From the NCBI GenBank assembly GCA_965223335.1, contig OZ244991.1:1408001-1472000 (forward strand): a stretch of 64,000 bases of DNA, written 5' to 3'. Shown piece by piece: positions 9,141-19,011 of this stretch. Position numbers and translations under genes: made by a program. How positions within the stretch are numbered: the stretch's first letter is position 1; each line of letters starts with the position of its first letter. The notes under the pieces were generated by a model, which ran no database searches, had not been told where the DNA came from, and worked only from the letters and a program-made list of their open reading frames with translations. This stretch comes from Thermodesulfobacteriota bacterium. GTDB taxonomy: Bacteria; Desulfobacterota_D; UBA1144; Nemesobacterales; UBA2774.

Positions 9141-10220
9141 TTATAAGGAATCTATTTTTGAAACCTTTGAAATCAACAGATGGTCTACGAGTACTAGATT
9201 AACCATGGCTTCCGCTATTGGCACAGCCCTTGGGCATAGACACGGGTCGTGTCGGCCTTTTACCTTTAGCTCCTTTGGATTGCCGTGTTTGTCGACTGTG
9301 TGTTGAACCTGTGAGATTGAGGATGTGGGTTTTATTGCAATTCTTACTACCAGGTCCTCGCCGTTTGTTATCCCCCCTAATAACCCGCCTGCTTTATTGG
9401 TCTTAAATCCCAGATTTCCCCGATCGTCCGTAAACATTAGGTCGTTTGATTGAGAGCCCTTCATTGTAGCGGCTTTAAATCCGAGCCCCACCTCAAACCC
9501 CCGTATACCACCTATGCTCATGAGTGCCGAGGCAAGGTCGGCATCGACCTTATTGAAGACAGGGCTGCCCAGTCCGGGTGGTAAGCCCCGAGTAACGACT
9601 TCTACTACCCCTCCGATGGAATCACCCTCCCGCCTGACCGAGTCTATGAGCTCTGCCATCTGCTCAGCCTTATGTGCGTCGGGACAGCGCACGGGATTAT
9701 TCTCAATCTCGTCGAAATCTATGTCCTCTGCCACCAGGTCACCCACCTGTTTCACAAACCCCGTAGTGTTAATCCCTTCTAATGCAAGGATTTTCTTGGC
9801 TATTGCTGCGGCAGCTACGCGCCCCACAGTTTCGCGGGCAGAAGAGCGCCCGCCCCCTCTGTAATCGCGGAAACCGTACTTCATATCATAGGTATAGTCG
9901 GCGTGGCCCGGCCGGTATGTGTCTTTAATGTCCTCGTATGATTTGGAGATAGCGTCTGTGTTGTGTACGACGAGTGATATGGGAGTGCCCAGTGATTTTC
10001 CCTCGAATACCCCTGATAATATCTCTAACTTGTCGGCCTCTTTGCGTTGTGTGGTTAATTTGCTTTGCCCGGGACGGCGCCGATCAAGCTCGAACTGTAT
10101 GTCCCCTGGGTCTATTTCCAGCCCCGCGGGGCAGCCGTCCACCACAACCCCTATAGCGGGCCCGTGGGACTCGCCCCATGTGGTTATCCGAAATATGTTT
10201 CCAAAAGAGTTGCCCGGCAT
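9141..10220 (-). CDS. aroC: Chorismate synthase
   Basis: GESHG, RPGHAD, GGGRSSARET, GRHDPC motifs. Confidence 0.97.
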   Translation of the reverse strand: MPGNSFGNIFRITTWGESHGPAIGVVVDGCPAGLEIDPGDIQFELDRRRPGQSKLTTQRKEADKLEILSGVFEGKSLGTPISLVVHNTDAISKSYEDIKDTYRPGHADYTYDMKYGFRDYRGGGRSSARETVGRVAAAAIAKKILALEGINTTGFVKQVGDLVAEDIDFDEIENNPVRCPDAHKAEQMAELIDSVRREGDSIGGVVEVVTRGLPPGLGSPVFNKVDADLASALMSIGGIRGFEVGLGFKAATMKGSQSNDLMFTDDRGNLGFKTNKAGGLLGGITNGEDLVVRIAIKPTSSISQVQHTVDKHGNPKELKVKGRHDPCLCPRAVPIAEAMVNLVLVDHLLISKVSKIDSL

Positions 10221-10265
10221 AAGTAGAGTTTATATTAAAAGGTAATCCTTGCAAATAATCCGGGT

Positions 10266-11252
10266 CTAGTCTAAGTACCCGTTTTCCTTGAACCAATCTA
10301 CGGTGTTTATGACACTTTGTTCTATATCCGAGGTCTCGTATCCGAGTTCGTTCTTTGCCTTTGAACAGTCGTAATGCCACCTGAATTTTGATAACTTCAC
10401 AGAATCGACGTCCATAGTGGAGAAATTAGGGAACTGCAGACCCAATACCCGCTCCACCAGATAACCCGAGGCAAGGGCCATTACATATGGGATTTTCATC
10501 TTAGGCCTCGAGATCCCTGTGATTCTCTCAAGCATTTTGAAAAGTTCGAGCAGTGTTAGGTTGACATTCCCCAGTATATAACGTTCACCGTCTTTTCCCT
10601 TCTCTGCCGCCAAGAGGTGCCCGTTGGCTACGTCCTCTACATCTACCATATTGAGTGTGCCTTCCATATACCCCGGAAACTTCTTTTTACAGAACCACGA
10701 TATGAATGCGGTGCTCGATAGATATACATCACCCGGGCCAATGACGACAGCCGGGTTTACAACAACAACAGGGAGTCCCTGCTGGTGGTAGCTGAGCGCG
10801 GCCTCTTCGGCGCGGTGCTTGGTGTTTAGATACTGTACACCCAGGTCTTCCAGTGTGAATTCCGTATCTTCGTTTGCTATGCCGCCATTTGGGTCTACCC
10901 CTATTGCTGCCACACTGCTTGTATAAACTACCTTCTCCATCCCTTGTTCGAGAGCGGCACTCATTACATTATTTGTCCCGCCGACATTAATGTCTTCCAT
11001 CTTTTGGTAGTCTGCCTTTCTAAACGATACTGCCCCTGCGGTATGGTAGAGCTTGTTACAGCCCTTGAGTGCATTCTCAATAGATTCCTTGTCGGTGACA
11101 TCCCCGTATACCCTCTCGGCATCGATATCGTCGATGTTTGAGGTCCTGCTCGTCTTACGTAGAAGGAGTTTTACCTTATCCCCCCGTTCGACTAGTTTTC
11201 TAGCAATATGAGATCCCAAAAACCCCGTGGCCCCTGTGACAAGTGTGCTCAT
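10266..11252 (-). CDS. NAD-dependent epimerase/dehydratase (extended SDR, HpnA/dihydroflavonol-reductase-like)
   Basis: TGATGFLG, YTSS, YxxxK (YLNTK), DVEDVANGH, GERYIL; start set at MSTLV. Confidence 0.85.
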   Translation of the reverse strand: MSTLVTGATGFLGSHIARKLVERGDKVKLLLRKTSRTSNIDDIDAERVYGDVTDKESIENALKGCNKLYHTAGAVSFRKADYQKMEDINVGGTNNVMSAALEQGMEKVVYTSSVAAIGVDPNGGIANEDTEFTLEDLGVQYLNTKHRAEEAALSYHQQGLPVVVVNPAVVIGPGDVYLSSTAFISWFCKKKFPGYMEGTLNMVDVEDVANGHLLAAEKGKDGERYILGNVNLTLLELFKMLERITGISRPKMKIPYVMALASGYLVERVLGLQFPNFSTMDVDSVKLSKFRWHYDCSKAKNELGYETSDIEQSVINTVDWFKENGYLD

Positions 11253-11337
11253 TATCTTTCCTCTCAAGTTTATGAATTAAGCATTATACTACACTGTAAA
11301 ATTGGATACAAAGTTTAATATTCCACAACGTAGTCTT

Positions 11338-12594
11338 CTATGTAGCTCTTTCAAGTAGGGTGACGGATTCGATGTGGTAGGTTTGGGGGAACATATCGTA
11401 GGGGCGCACAACTGCTACTCTGTACCCCTGGTCGGTAAGTGCCTTAAGGTCACGGGCCAATGTGGTCGGGTTGCAGGATATATAGATTAACCTCTCGGCT
11501 CCAAGCCGCTTAATATATGGAATAAGCTCTTTAGCTCCCTCTCTCGGGGGGTCTAGGATTATAATGTCAAAACTCTCTCCGCCCTTTTCGGCCTGCTTTA
11601 GGTATTGTAGAGAGTCCAGGTTATGGGTGGTGATGTTTGTGATTGAGTTTAGTTCGGCACTCCTCTCCAATAGACTTACAGCCCTCTTGTTAATCTCTAC
11701 AGCGTGTAGTTCCCCGCAGTTATTGGCGAGGTGAAGCGAAAAGTTCCCAGCCCCGGCATAAAGGTCCAACACCCTATCATTATTGCCTGCTCGGCTTAAT
11801 TCAATTACCGATTTAATCATCTGTTCGTTTACCGGGTCGTTTGACTGAGAAAAGAGCGAGGGGGACATGTTGTGTTTTATGCCTAGCACCTCTTTCACAA
11901 ATATAGTTTCGTTGCTAAACAATGCGGAGTTTTTGGTCTCGTCGTGTCTCTTTAGGTGTTTAATAAAAGTTGTGAGCATCGCGGCCTTGCCTCGTTTGGG
12001 CGCTACAAACGTAAGGTAGGCTTGAGTGGAATCGGACGCTATATAAATAGTGTCAAACGGGTAGGTGGGGTTGGTAAGAGTATCGAATACAGCGGCCAGT
12101 CTCTCAATAGCACTATTAATCGGGCCGTCGGCTACCGGGCACTGAGTAATAGGCACAACCCTGTGGCTTTGCTCCTGGTAGTACCCAAGGTTCCAGTGTC
12201 CTTGGTGATACCAGGTGGTTAATGTGACCCTGTTCCTATAACTGTACGCACTGGAGACTTCTGGGAGGGGGTCGATCTCAATATGACCGAGACTCCCTAT
12301 GCGCTCTAGAGTCTCGGCTAGTATTAAGCCTTTTTGCTCTAACTCTTGTTTATAATCGAGGTGCTGCCACTGGCACCCCCCGCATACTTCAAATACGTCG
12401 CAGTTTGGTTGAATACGGTATGGGGATTCTTCTATAAACCCCTCTATAATCGCCTCGGAGTAATTCTTTTTTTCTTTTATGATCCTTACATTAATCGTGT
12501 CATCCGGCAGCCCTCCCTTAACAAACACTACTTTCCCCTCTGCTTTCCCTATCCCTTTACCGCCGTATGCCAGCTTTTCTATAGTCAGTTTCAT
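11338..12594 (-). CDS. rlmD: 23S rRNA (uracil-C5)-methyltransferase, RlmD/TrmA family
   Basis: TRAM N-terminus, CGGCQWQH, DLYAGAG, DPPREG, SCNP, DMFPQT. Confidence 0.88.
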   Translation of the reverse strand: MKLTIEKLAYGGKGIGKAEGKVVFVKGGLPDDTINVRIIKEKKNYSEAIIEGFIEESPYRIQPNCDVFEVCGGCQWQHLDYKQELEQKGLILAETLERIGSLGHIEIDPLPEVSSAYSYRNRVTLTTWYHQGHWNLGYYQEQSHRVVPITQCPVADGPINSAIERLAAVFDTLTNPTYPFDTIYIASDSTQAYLTFVAPKRGKAAMLTTFIKHLKRHDETKNSALFSNETIFVKEVLGIKHNMSPSLFSQSNDPVNEQMIKSVIELSRAGNNDRVLDLYAGAGNFSLHLANNCGELHAVEINKRAVSLLERSAELNSITNITTHNLDSLQYLKQAEKGGESFDIIILDPPREGAKELIPYIKRLGAERLIYISCNPTTLARDLKALTDQGYRVAVVRPYDMFPQTYHIESVTLLERAT

Positions 12595-12606
12595 TTGTCG
12601 GGTTCT

Positions 12607-13626
12607 CTAAATAATAATTGTTGCGTCTCCGTAGCTTAAAAACCTGTAACGCTCTGCAATGGCCTCGCGGTACGCTTTATCGATGAGCGTTTTGCCGGCA
12701 AAGGCCGATACCAGAAGCATAAGTGTAGATTTGGGCAGATGGAAATTAGTGATCATAGCATCGACAGCTTTGAATTTGAACCCCGGGTATATGAATAGAT
12801 CGGTCTCGCCGCTCTGGGCAGTTACACACCCCTCTTTTGATGCGACTGATTCTAATGTGCGGACGACTGTGGTTCCTACTGCTACTACCCTTCTGTTTTC
12901 TCTAATGGCACTGTTAATCGACTCAGCTGTGGCAGCGGGGATCTCATAGGATTCGGGGTGCATGACATGGTCTTGTACGTTATCAGTCTTAACCGGTTGG
13001 AATGTACCTATACCTACATGCAGAGTTATATACTCTATTTCAATGCCTCTTTGACGAACGGTGTCGAGCAGGTGCTCTGTAAAGTGAAGCCCTGCGGTGG
13101 GTGCTGCGATGGCGCCGGTATTCTCAGCGAACACGGTTTGGTAGGTGGCTCTATCGTGGTCATTGGCCTCGCGCCTAATGTAGGGTGGAAGCGGCATCCT
13201 GCCTGATTCCTCTATATAAACTTCGGGGTGTTTGTTAAATGTAATCTGCCAGTTTTTACTGCTATCTCTCGTAAGCACCCCGCTTAGCTCAGCGTCGAAC
13301 ACTATTTCCTCGTTCTTTTTAGGGTTTGTGACGAGGCATTCCCAGGTGTTGGGGTCTAGTTTTTTAACCAGAAGAACCTCTCTTAATTTCTCTCCGGGGT
13401 CTTTTCGCTCGGACCTGCCGTATAGTCTTGCCGGGATGACCTTGGTGTTGTTTAAGACGAGCAGGTCGCCCGGATCTAGGAGGCTAGGGAGGTCAGTGAA
13501 TAATTTATGCTCTAATGTTGCAGTGTTGCGCCTTATGACCAAGAGACGCGAGCTGTCTCTATGCTCGGCTGGATACTCGGCGATAAGCTCCCGGCGGAGT
13601 TCATAATCGAAATCTGAGGTCTTCAT
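12607..13626 (-). CDS. queA: S-adenosylmethionine:tRNA ribosyltransferase-isomerase
   Basis: PLPPYI, AAPTAGLHFT, TNFHLPKST, SYGDA. Confidence 0.97.
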   Translation of the reverse strand: MKTSDFDYELRRELIAEYPAEHRDSSRLLVIRRNTATLEHKLFTDLPSLLDPGDLLVLNNTKVIPARLYGRSERKDPGEKLREVLLVKKLDPNTWECLVTNPKKNEEIVFDAELSGVLTRDSSKNWQITFNKHPEVYIEESGRMPLPPYIRREANDHDRATYQTVFAENTGAIAAPTAGLHFTEHLLDTVRQRGIEIEYITLHVGIGTFQPVKTDNVQDHVMHPESYEIPAATAESINSAIRENRRVVAVGTTVVRTLESVASKEGCVTAQSGETDLFIYPGFKFKAVDAMITNFHLPKSTLMLLVSAFAGKTLIDKAYREAIAERYRFLSYGDATIII

Positions 13627-13634
13627 ATAGCATA

Positions 13635-14843
13635 TTATTTGTGGATTTTATCGAGCATTTTACGCACCGATAACCTGAGCGCATTTAGCTTTATGAACCC
13701 AGTGGCGTCCGACTGGTCGTAGATGCTCTCTTCTTCAAACGTAGCGAGGTCCTCGTTATACAAGGAATAATCGGAACGCCTGCCGACCACTATAACGTTG
13801 CCCTTGTATATTTTGAGTCTTACCGAGCCTGTGACATTTTTTTGCGATTCGTCTATAGCGGCCTTCAACATCTCCATCTCTGGCGAGTACCAAAAACCGT
13901 AGTATATTAGCTCGGCGATCTTGGGTACGAGTGAGTCTCGCAGGTGAGTTACCTCTCTGTCGAGTGTTAGTGACTCGAGTGCCCGATGCGCTGCGTAAAG
14001 AATGGTGCCGCCCGGGGTCTCATACACACCCCTCGATTTCATGCCCACGAACCTATTTTCAACCAGGTCCACACGCCCGACACCGTTTTTACCGGCGACT
14101 TCGTTTAGGTGACTCAACAGATCGACCGGCCCCAGATCCCTGCCGTCAACTCCGGTGGGGACACCTTGTGTGAACTCGATCTCTATGTAATGTGGGGTGT
14201 CCGGTGCTTTTTCAGGCGACACGGTGAGCTCGAACATGTCTTCGGGGGGCTCGGACCATGGGTCCTCTAAAATCCCGCCCTCATAACTGGTGTGCAGTAT
14301 GTTTCTATCGCAGCTATAGGGTTTTTTCTGTGTGACAGGTACGGGAATGCCGTGGGCTTCTGCGTAGTCTATAAGGCTTTGTCTCGAGTTTAGGTCCCAT
14401 TCTCTCCAGGGGGCGATAACCTTTATGCCGGGATCAAGGGCATAGAATGTGAGCTCGAACCGCACTTGGTCGTTACCCTTTCCGGTTGCACCGTGAGATA
14501 CGGCGAATGCCCCTTCCTCGTGGGCGATCTCAAGCTGTCTCTTTGCGATAATCGGCCGGGCTAAAGAGGTGCCCAGCAGGTAGCTCCCCTCGTATACCGC
14601 GTTTGCCTTAAGTGCTGTAAACACAAAGTCGCGGACGAACTCTTCTTTTAGGTCCTCGATAAAGACCTTGGATGCCCCTGTAGCTAGGGCCTTTTGGTGT
14701 ACCTCGTCTAGGTCCTCTCCCTGGCCGACGTCGGCTACGTAGGCTATGACCTCGGAGTCGTATTTCTCGATAAGCCACTTTAAGATGACGGATGTGTCTA
14801 GCCCGCCTGAGTAGGCAAGCACAATTTTATTCTTTTCAGCCAT
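13635..14843 (-). CDS. argG: Argininosuccinate synthase
   Basis: [33 protein letters not shown]. Confidence 0.98.
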   Translation of the reverse strand: MAEKNKIVLAYSGGLDTSVILKWLIEKYDSEVIAYVADVGQGEDLDEVHQKALATGASKVFIEDLKEEFVRDFVFTALKANAVYEGSYLLGTSLARPIIAKRQLEIAHEEGAFAVSHGATGKGNDQVRFELTFYALDPGIKVIAPWREWDLNSRQSLIDYAEAHGIPVPVTQKKPYSCDRNILHTSYEGGILEDPWSEPPEDMFELTVSPEKAPDTPHYIEIEFTQGVPTGVDGRDLGPVDLLSHLNEVAGKNGVGRVDLVENRFVGMKSRGVYETPGGTILYAAHRALESLTLDREVTHLRDSLVPKIAELIYYGFWYSPEMEMLKAAIDESQKNVTGSVRLKIYKGNVIVVGRRSDYSLYNEDLATFEEESIYDQSDATGFIKLNALRLSVRKMLDKIHK

Positions 14844-14869
14844 ATGATGTGAATCCTCCGAGATCTGGT

Positions 14870-14946
14870 CTCTGCGTTAAGGTTAGTAGTTACGGTAACA
14901 TCAATCACAGATCTTGCAACGCAGAGCTTGGTGATCAATTACCGTA
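14870..14946 (-). promoter_or_regulatory. Structured RNA element in the argG leader (hairpin plus loop-downstream pairing)
   Basis: 16-bp interrupted stem with G-U pairs on the minus strand, and a 9-bp perfect complement between its loop and sequence near the RBS. Confidence 0.45.
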
Positions 14947-14957
14947 GAGAGATGAGG

Positions 14958-15428
14958 TTAAGGCTGGCTGCCCGGTTCACCTTTGGCGTCTTGGGGCCTT
15001 AGATCATGCAAATAGAATTTAGCGCTGTTGTTCTCGTAGAATTTCTCGAGAGTAAACCCTATATATTCGATTTTTTCGTTGTCATCACCCATGTATTTTG
15101 CATTTTTAACCTCGTCCGAGAGTTTGCAGTCAACAGCAATATCGTCGGTGGGGCTGTCGTGGCAGATGAATCTAAGCTGAAACTCGGGACCAAGATTGAT
15201 ATGGTTCGGCAGAATAAAACCAACAGCTATTTTTGCGGATATGAGTTCTACTACGACTAATCTAACTATGCTACTGCCGATTCCCTCTGTACCACCTTCC
15301 ACCTCAAACGTGTAGCCGTAATAGTCAACTTTCTGATTGTCCTTATTCATAGCGTTGAGATTCCAGTAGTCTTCCGAATCCACCCAGCACATTATTTGTT
15401 GTTTTTGCTTTTCTTGAGGCGCACTCAT
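14958..15428 (-). CDS. Hypothetical protein (156 aa)
   Basis: AAGGGAG RBS, in strand with neighbours; no family recognised. Confidence 0.7.
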   Translation of the reverse strand: MSAPQEKQKQQIMCWVDSEDYWNLNAMNKDNQKVDYYGYTFEVEGGTEGIGSSIVRLVVVELISAKIAVGFILPNHINLGPEFQLRFICHDSPTDDIAVDCKLSDEVKNAKYMGDDNEKIEYIGFTLEKFYENNSAKFYLHDLRPQDAKGEPGSQP

Positions 15429-15491
15429 ATTAGATCTCCCTTAAGTCTGAAAAAATATTAGCTAATTATAATAACATGTTTTAAGAACTCT

Positions 15492-16178
15492 CTAAACCAT
15501 GATCGCAATGTACGATAACTGGCCCCCAACACCCTTGCCCTCGCGCCGGTACGAGTAGTAGATGGTCTCACAATTGGTACAGCTATCCATGGTCTCGATA
15601 CTCTTTAGGTTGAGTCGTAGCAGTGAGTTTTGAATGGCTTTTTTTAGATCCAGTATGTACTTGTCATTGGATTTTTGCGAGAGAAAGCTGTGGTGGTCCT
15701 CGAATTTATCCATAAATGGTTTTGCCACATCCATGCTTACCTCGTAGCAGCAGCCGCTTATTGCAGGGCCTATTACTGCACGGATGTTCTTGGGCTCGGC
15801 CCCGAAGTGGTGTCTCATTACCGACACCGTGCTCACAGCTATTTCCCCCAGCGTGCCCTTCCATCCCGAGTGCGAGGCGGCAACAGTGTTGGAAACAGTG
15901 TCTGCAAACAGCACCGGGACGCAGTCGGCTGTTTTAATCCCGAGTGAGATACCCCTTAGGTTTGTGGCAAGTGCGTCACCTGTGATGTTGTCGATTGTGC
16001 TCTGGGCGCTGTCGATAACAATGACGTCGGTGCTATGGATCTGATCAAGTGTTATAAGCCGGGTAATGCCCGGCTGCTTGGAGATATAATCGTGGTGAGA
16101 GCTTATATTACGGTTTAAAAAACCGTGTTCTATCTCGGCAATGGACCCAAGGCTTTCGGATTTTATAACCTTACTCAT
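15492..16178 (-). CDS. pgeF: Peptidoglycan editing factor/purine nucleoside phosphorylase, PgeF (YfiH) family
   Basis: QIHS, TADCVPV, HSGWKG, IGPAISGCCYEV, YSYRR; adjacent to rluD as usual. Confidence 0.92.
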   Translation of the reverse strand: MSKVIKSESLGSIAEIEHGFLNRNISSHHDYISKQPGITRLITLDQIHSTDVIVIDSAQSTIDNITGDALATNLRGISLGIKTADCVPVLFADTVSNTVAASHSGWKGTLGEIAVSTVSVMRHHFGAEPKNIRAVIGPAISGCCYEVSMDVAKPFMDKFEDHHSFLSQKSNDKYILDLKKAIQNSLLRLNLKSIETMDSCTNCETIYYSYRREGKGVGGQLSYIAIMV

Positions 16179-17142
16179 AGTTGTTTTGTGTCTTTAATTG
16201 CCTGATGGCGGATTTAATGTCGTCGGGCAACTCTGATTCAAATTCTACATATTTACCGCTCGACGGATGAATAAAACCCAGTTTAGAAGCATGTAGGGCC
16301 TGGCGCCCGAGCTCTTTTGATACCTTTAAGATTATAGGAGTTTTTTCTTTTTTTTGTCTATAGGTTTTGTCCCCGATGATCGGGTGCCCTGCATCGGCGA
16401 AGTGTACCCTAATCTGGTGGGTTCGGCCGGTTTTTGGCGTGATCTCGACCAGCGATGCATGCAAATACTGCTCTACGATCCTCCAGGCGGTATGTGCTTC
16501 TTTGCCCGACTTGGATTTGGTCGACATCTGTTTTCGCTGGGTCGGGTGCCTGCCGATTGGTAAATCGTAAGTGCCGCTTGAGGACTTAAACACCCCCTCG
16601 ACAAGTGCGGTGTAGGTCTTATTGGTTGTGCGGTCCTTAAACTGCTTGGCCAGTGACAGGTGAGACGTATCGTTTTTGGCTATGACTACCACACCCGAGG
16701 TGTCTTTGTCGAGCCGGTGTACTATACCGGGGCGTATAGTGCCCCCGATGCCCGAGAGATCCGAACACATGTGCAGCAGAGCATTTACGACTGTACCGCT
16801 CTTTATCCCAGCACCAGGGTGCATGCTGATCCCCGCGGGTTTATCGACCACAGCAATATCGGGGTCTTCGTACAAGATCACGAGCGGTATATCCTCAGCC
16901 TTCATCAGATTGGGCTCGGGTTTTGGGATTTTTACCACAACCTCTTCGCCGAGCTCTAACTTTCTAGAGGGTTTTATGGGCTTGCCGTCAACCAATATCT
17001 GTTTTTCCGAGATTAACCGCTTGATCTGCGACCGGGTCTGTTTTTCTAGTATATCAGAGAGCACTACATCCACACGTTTACCTATATGAGTTTCATTGAC
17101 TATGAATTTTTCGATTGAATCTAGGTTAGTGTCTGACATCAA
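16171..17142 (-). CDS. rluD: RluA-family pseudouridine synthase
   Basis: S4-like N-terminus, HRLDKDTSG, TGRTHQIRVH, QALHA. Confidence 0.92.
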   Translation of the reverse strand: MMSDTNLDSIEKFIVNETHIGKRVDVVLSDILEKQTRSQIKRLISEKQILVDGKPIKPSRKLELGEEVVVKIPKPEPNLMKAEDIPLVILYEDPDIAVVDKPAGISMHPGAGIKSGTVVNALLHMCSDLSGIGGTIRPGIVHRLDKDTSGVVVIAKNDTSHLSLAKQFKDRTTNKTYTALVEGVFKSSSGTYDLPIGRHPTQRKQMSTKSKSGKEAHTAWRIVEQYLHASLVEITPKTGRTHQIRVHFADAGHPIIGDKTYRQKKEKTPIILKVSKELGRQALHASKLGFIHPSSGKYVEFESELPDDIKSAIRQLKTQNNYE

Positions 17143-17150
17143 TATCCGGG

Positions 17151-18260
17151 TTATTTGCGGGTCTTACGTTCCGCTATGACCTTTCTGGCCATAGTAGATA
17201 TAATGCCCGGGAGGTTTTTGTTTCGCATTATGCCCCTTAGATCAATGTCCCTTAGCTGTTTAACAAAGTTCATGGATATGTGCTGGGGAGTTTTGGGGTT
17301 GGTGACGAGGGATGCTTTTACCTGATATAAACTTACCCATCTGCGGGTCTCTGAGATTGAGCGCAGTATATCTTCGCTTACAATTTTAGAGCCTGCTATC
17401 TGGACTATCTCGGAATCTGTGAGGCGTGCATTTTTGAGCACCGCACCCGACACAACCCTGTTGTGGTCACGTATGAGTAAACGCCTTGCCTCCCTATTGC
17501 CCATGAGGGAGAGCTTGATTTTTTCACCTATAGTCATATTGTTTATTTGGTTGAGAAGGTTGGCATTGCGTATGTTGTCTTCTTCTTCGATCTCTTCTAT
17601 TTCGGGTTGATCGTTTTCTTCGGTCAGTTCATCTGGGAACTCTATGTTGTCTAGGAAGGATTCATCGTAATCCTCGGTATCAAGAGTTTCCTCGACATCT
17701 TGTTCGGATTCCACGGTGAGGCTCTCTGTAGCGAACGTGTCTTGGTCTTTATGTAACTGGACGTTTAAGAAATTTATAATACCGTCTAATGTCGATCTGC
17801 TAATGGCAGGGTTTGTGCTCACGGCTTCCACTATCTCTGTGGAACGTATGAGTCTCAGATGGTTGTTTGCAATCATCTCAATCAGCATCTGCGAGTCGGT
17901 AGCCCGGGCAATGTGTGCAAATGTTTGATCGAGAGTAATGTTGTTTAGCAGTATGGACTGGAGTTTGCGTTCATCAGTAATGTTCTTGGCGAGAAAATCT
18001 ATCAAGCCGGGGTCGGAACCGGTGTCCTTCAAAATATCGTTTATAGACGAGTCGGGCAGGTCAGCTATGGATTTCTCGGCCTCGGTACGAACCTCGGGGT
18101 CCGGATCATTCTCAATGATTACATAGAGGATCTGAGCCAGTTGCTTGGGTGGAACAGGAATAATTCCCTGGGCCGCCATGAGCCTCTGTTCCTTTGGGTT
18201 GGCAGGGTCTGTGAACTGTAATAGTTCGGGTGGCAGCGTACTGCCGGCCTCTTTGGACAT
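17151..18260 (-). CDS. Conserved helical hypothetical protein with an acidic linker
   Basis: Long ORF; EKIKLSLMGNREARRLLIRD...LVTNPKTP resembles an uncharacterised deltaproteobacterial family (from memory). Confidence 0.7.
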   Translation of the reverse strand: MSKEAGSTLPPELLQFTDPANPKEQRLMAAQGIIPVPPKQLAQILYVIIENDPDPEVRTEAEKSIADLPDSSINDILKDTGSDPGLIDFLAKNITDERKLQSILLNNITLDQTFAHIARATDSQMLIEMIANNHLRLIRSTEIVEAVSTNPAISRSTLDGIINFLNVQLHKDQDTFATESLTVESEQDVEETLDTEDYDESFLDNIEFPDELTEENDQPEIEEIEEEDNIRNANLLNQINNMTIGEKIKLSLMGNREARRLLIRDHNRVVSGAVLKNARLTDSEIVQIAGSKIVSEDILRSISETRRWVSLYQVKASLVTNPKTPQHISMNFVKQLRDIDLRGIMRNKNLPGIISTMARKVIAERKTRK

Positions 18261-18471
18261 AAAGATAATACTAAGCGATTATAGTTAACGGATCAATATG
18301 GCGAGAATTGCCCTCGATTTTGACGAAATTTGTTACCTTCAGGGCTTAGTTAATTATTGTTTGGAAAAAATTCAAGCAATTATGGATAGTTATAAGTGCC
18401 CATATTAATGGCATATTTTTTGCCAACCTTAATAGTACAACGTTAGAAACAGTATGTTCCTCATAACATTA

Positions 18472-18487
18472 TGGCATTAGATATGCA
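18472..18487 (+). promoter_or_regulatory. Putative sigma54 promoter
   Basis: TGGCAT-TAGAT-ATGCA (GG-N10-GC). A second match, TGGCAT-ATTTT-TTGCC, lies at 18409-18424. Confidence 0.55.
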
Positions 18488-18529
18488 GGGAATAACAGAG
18501 AGGAGTATGGATTTGTTGGGAGATATTGA

Positions 18530-18949
18530 ATGAAAAAACAAGCTGTGAGCGTACTGAGAGAGGATGAACAGGCAAACTCAGTGATTCTGAAATGGAGCGA
18601 TATACTCGAGAGTGCGTTCGACTATTATTACACAGAGTACATGCCCGCATGGACACTTAACGCCACTCACCTGAATAACGCGGGGGACAAGATCTTTATA
18701 TCCAAGAAGGATAGTAAATGGGTGAGCTGGGAAAACATTGAAGAATCCGAGAGACCACATGTGGCAACCATATTTGATCTATTGCCGGACCTTCCCGAGG
18801 ACGAGGTGTACTGGGCCATGATGAGAGAGATGGAAGAGCAGGCCATCAAGGAACCCGAGGACCATTTTTGGGAGAATATATTTTCGTATAAACCTGTGAA
18901 CGAGGTCGAGTCCAGAGGAAAGAAATATAGAATAGATTGGGAAGCTTAA
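18530..18949 (+). CDS. Hypothetical protein (139 aa, acidic, Trp-rich)
   Basis: GGGAG RBS; fills the intergenic space. Confidence 0.7.
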   Translation: MKKQAVSVLREDEQANSVILKWSDILESAFDYYYTEYMPAWTLNATHLNNAGDKIFISKKDSKWVSWENIEESERPHVATIFDLLPDLPEDEVYWAMMREMEEQAIKEPEDHFWENIFSYKPVNEVESRGKKYRIDWEA

Positions 18950-19011
18950 TCTATTGTTAATTGCCGCCCGATAGTGAAGGGTAAAATCCAAGCCAAAAAA
19001 TATTAGTATAT

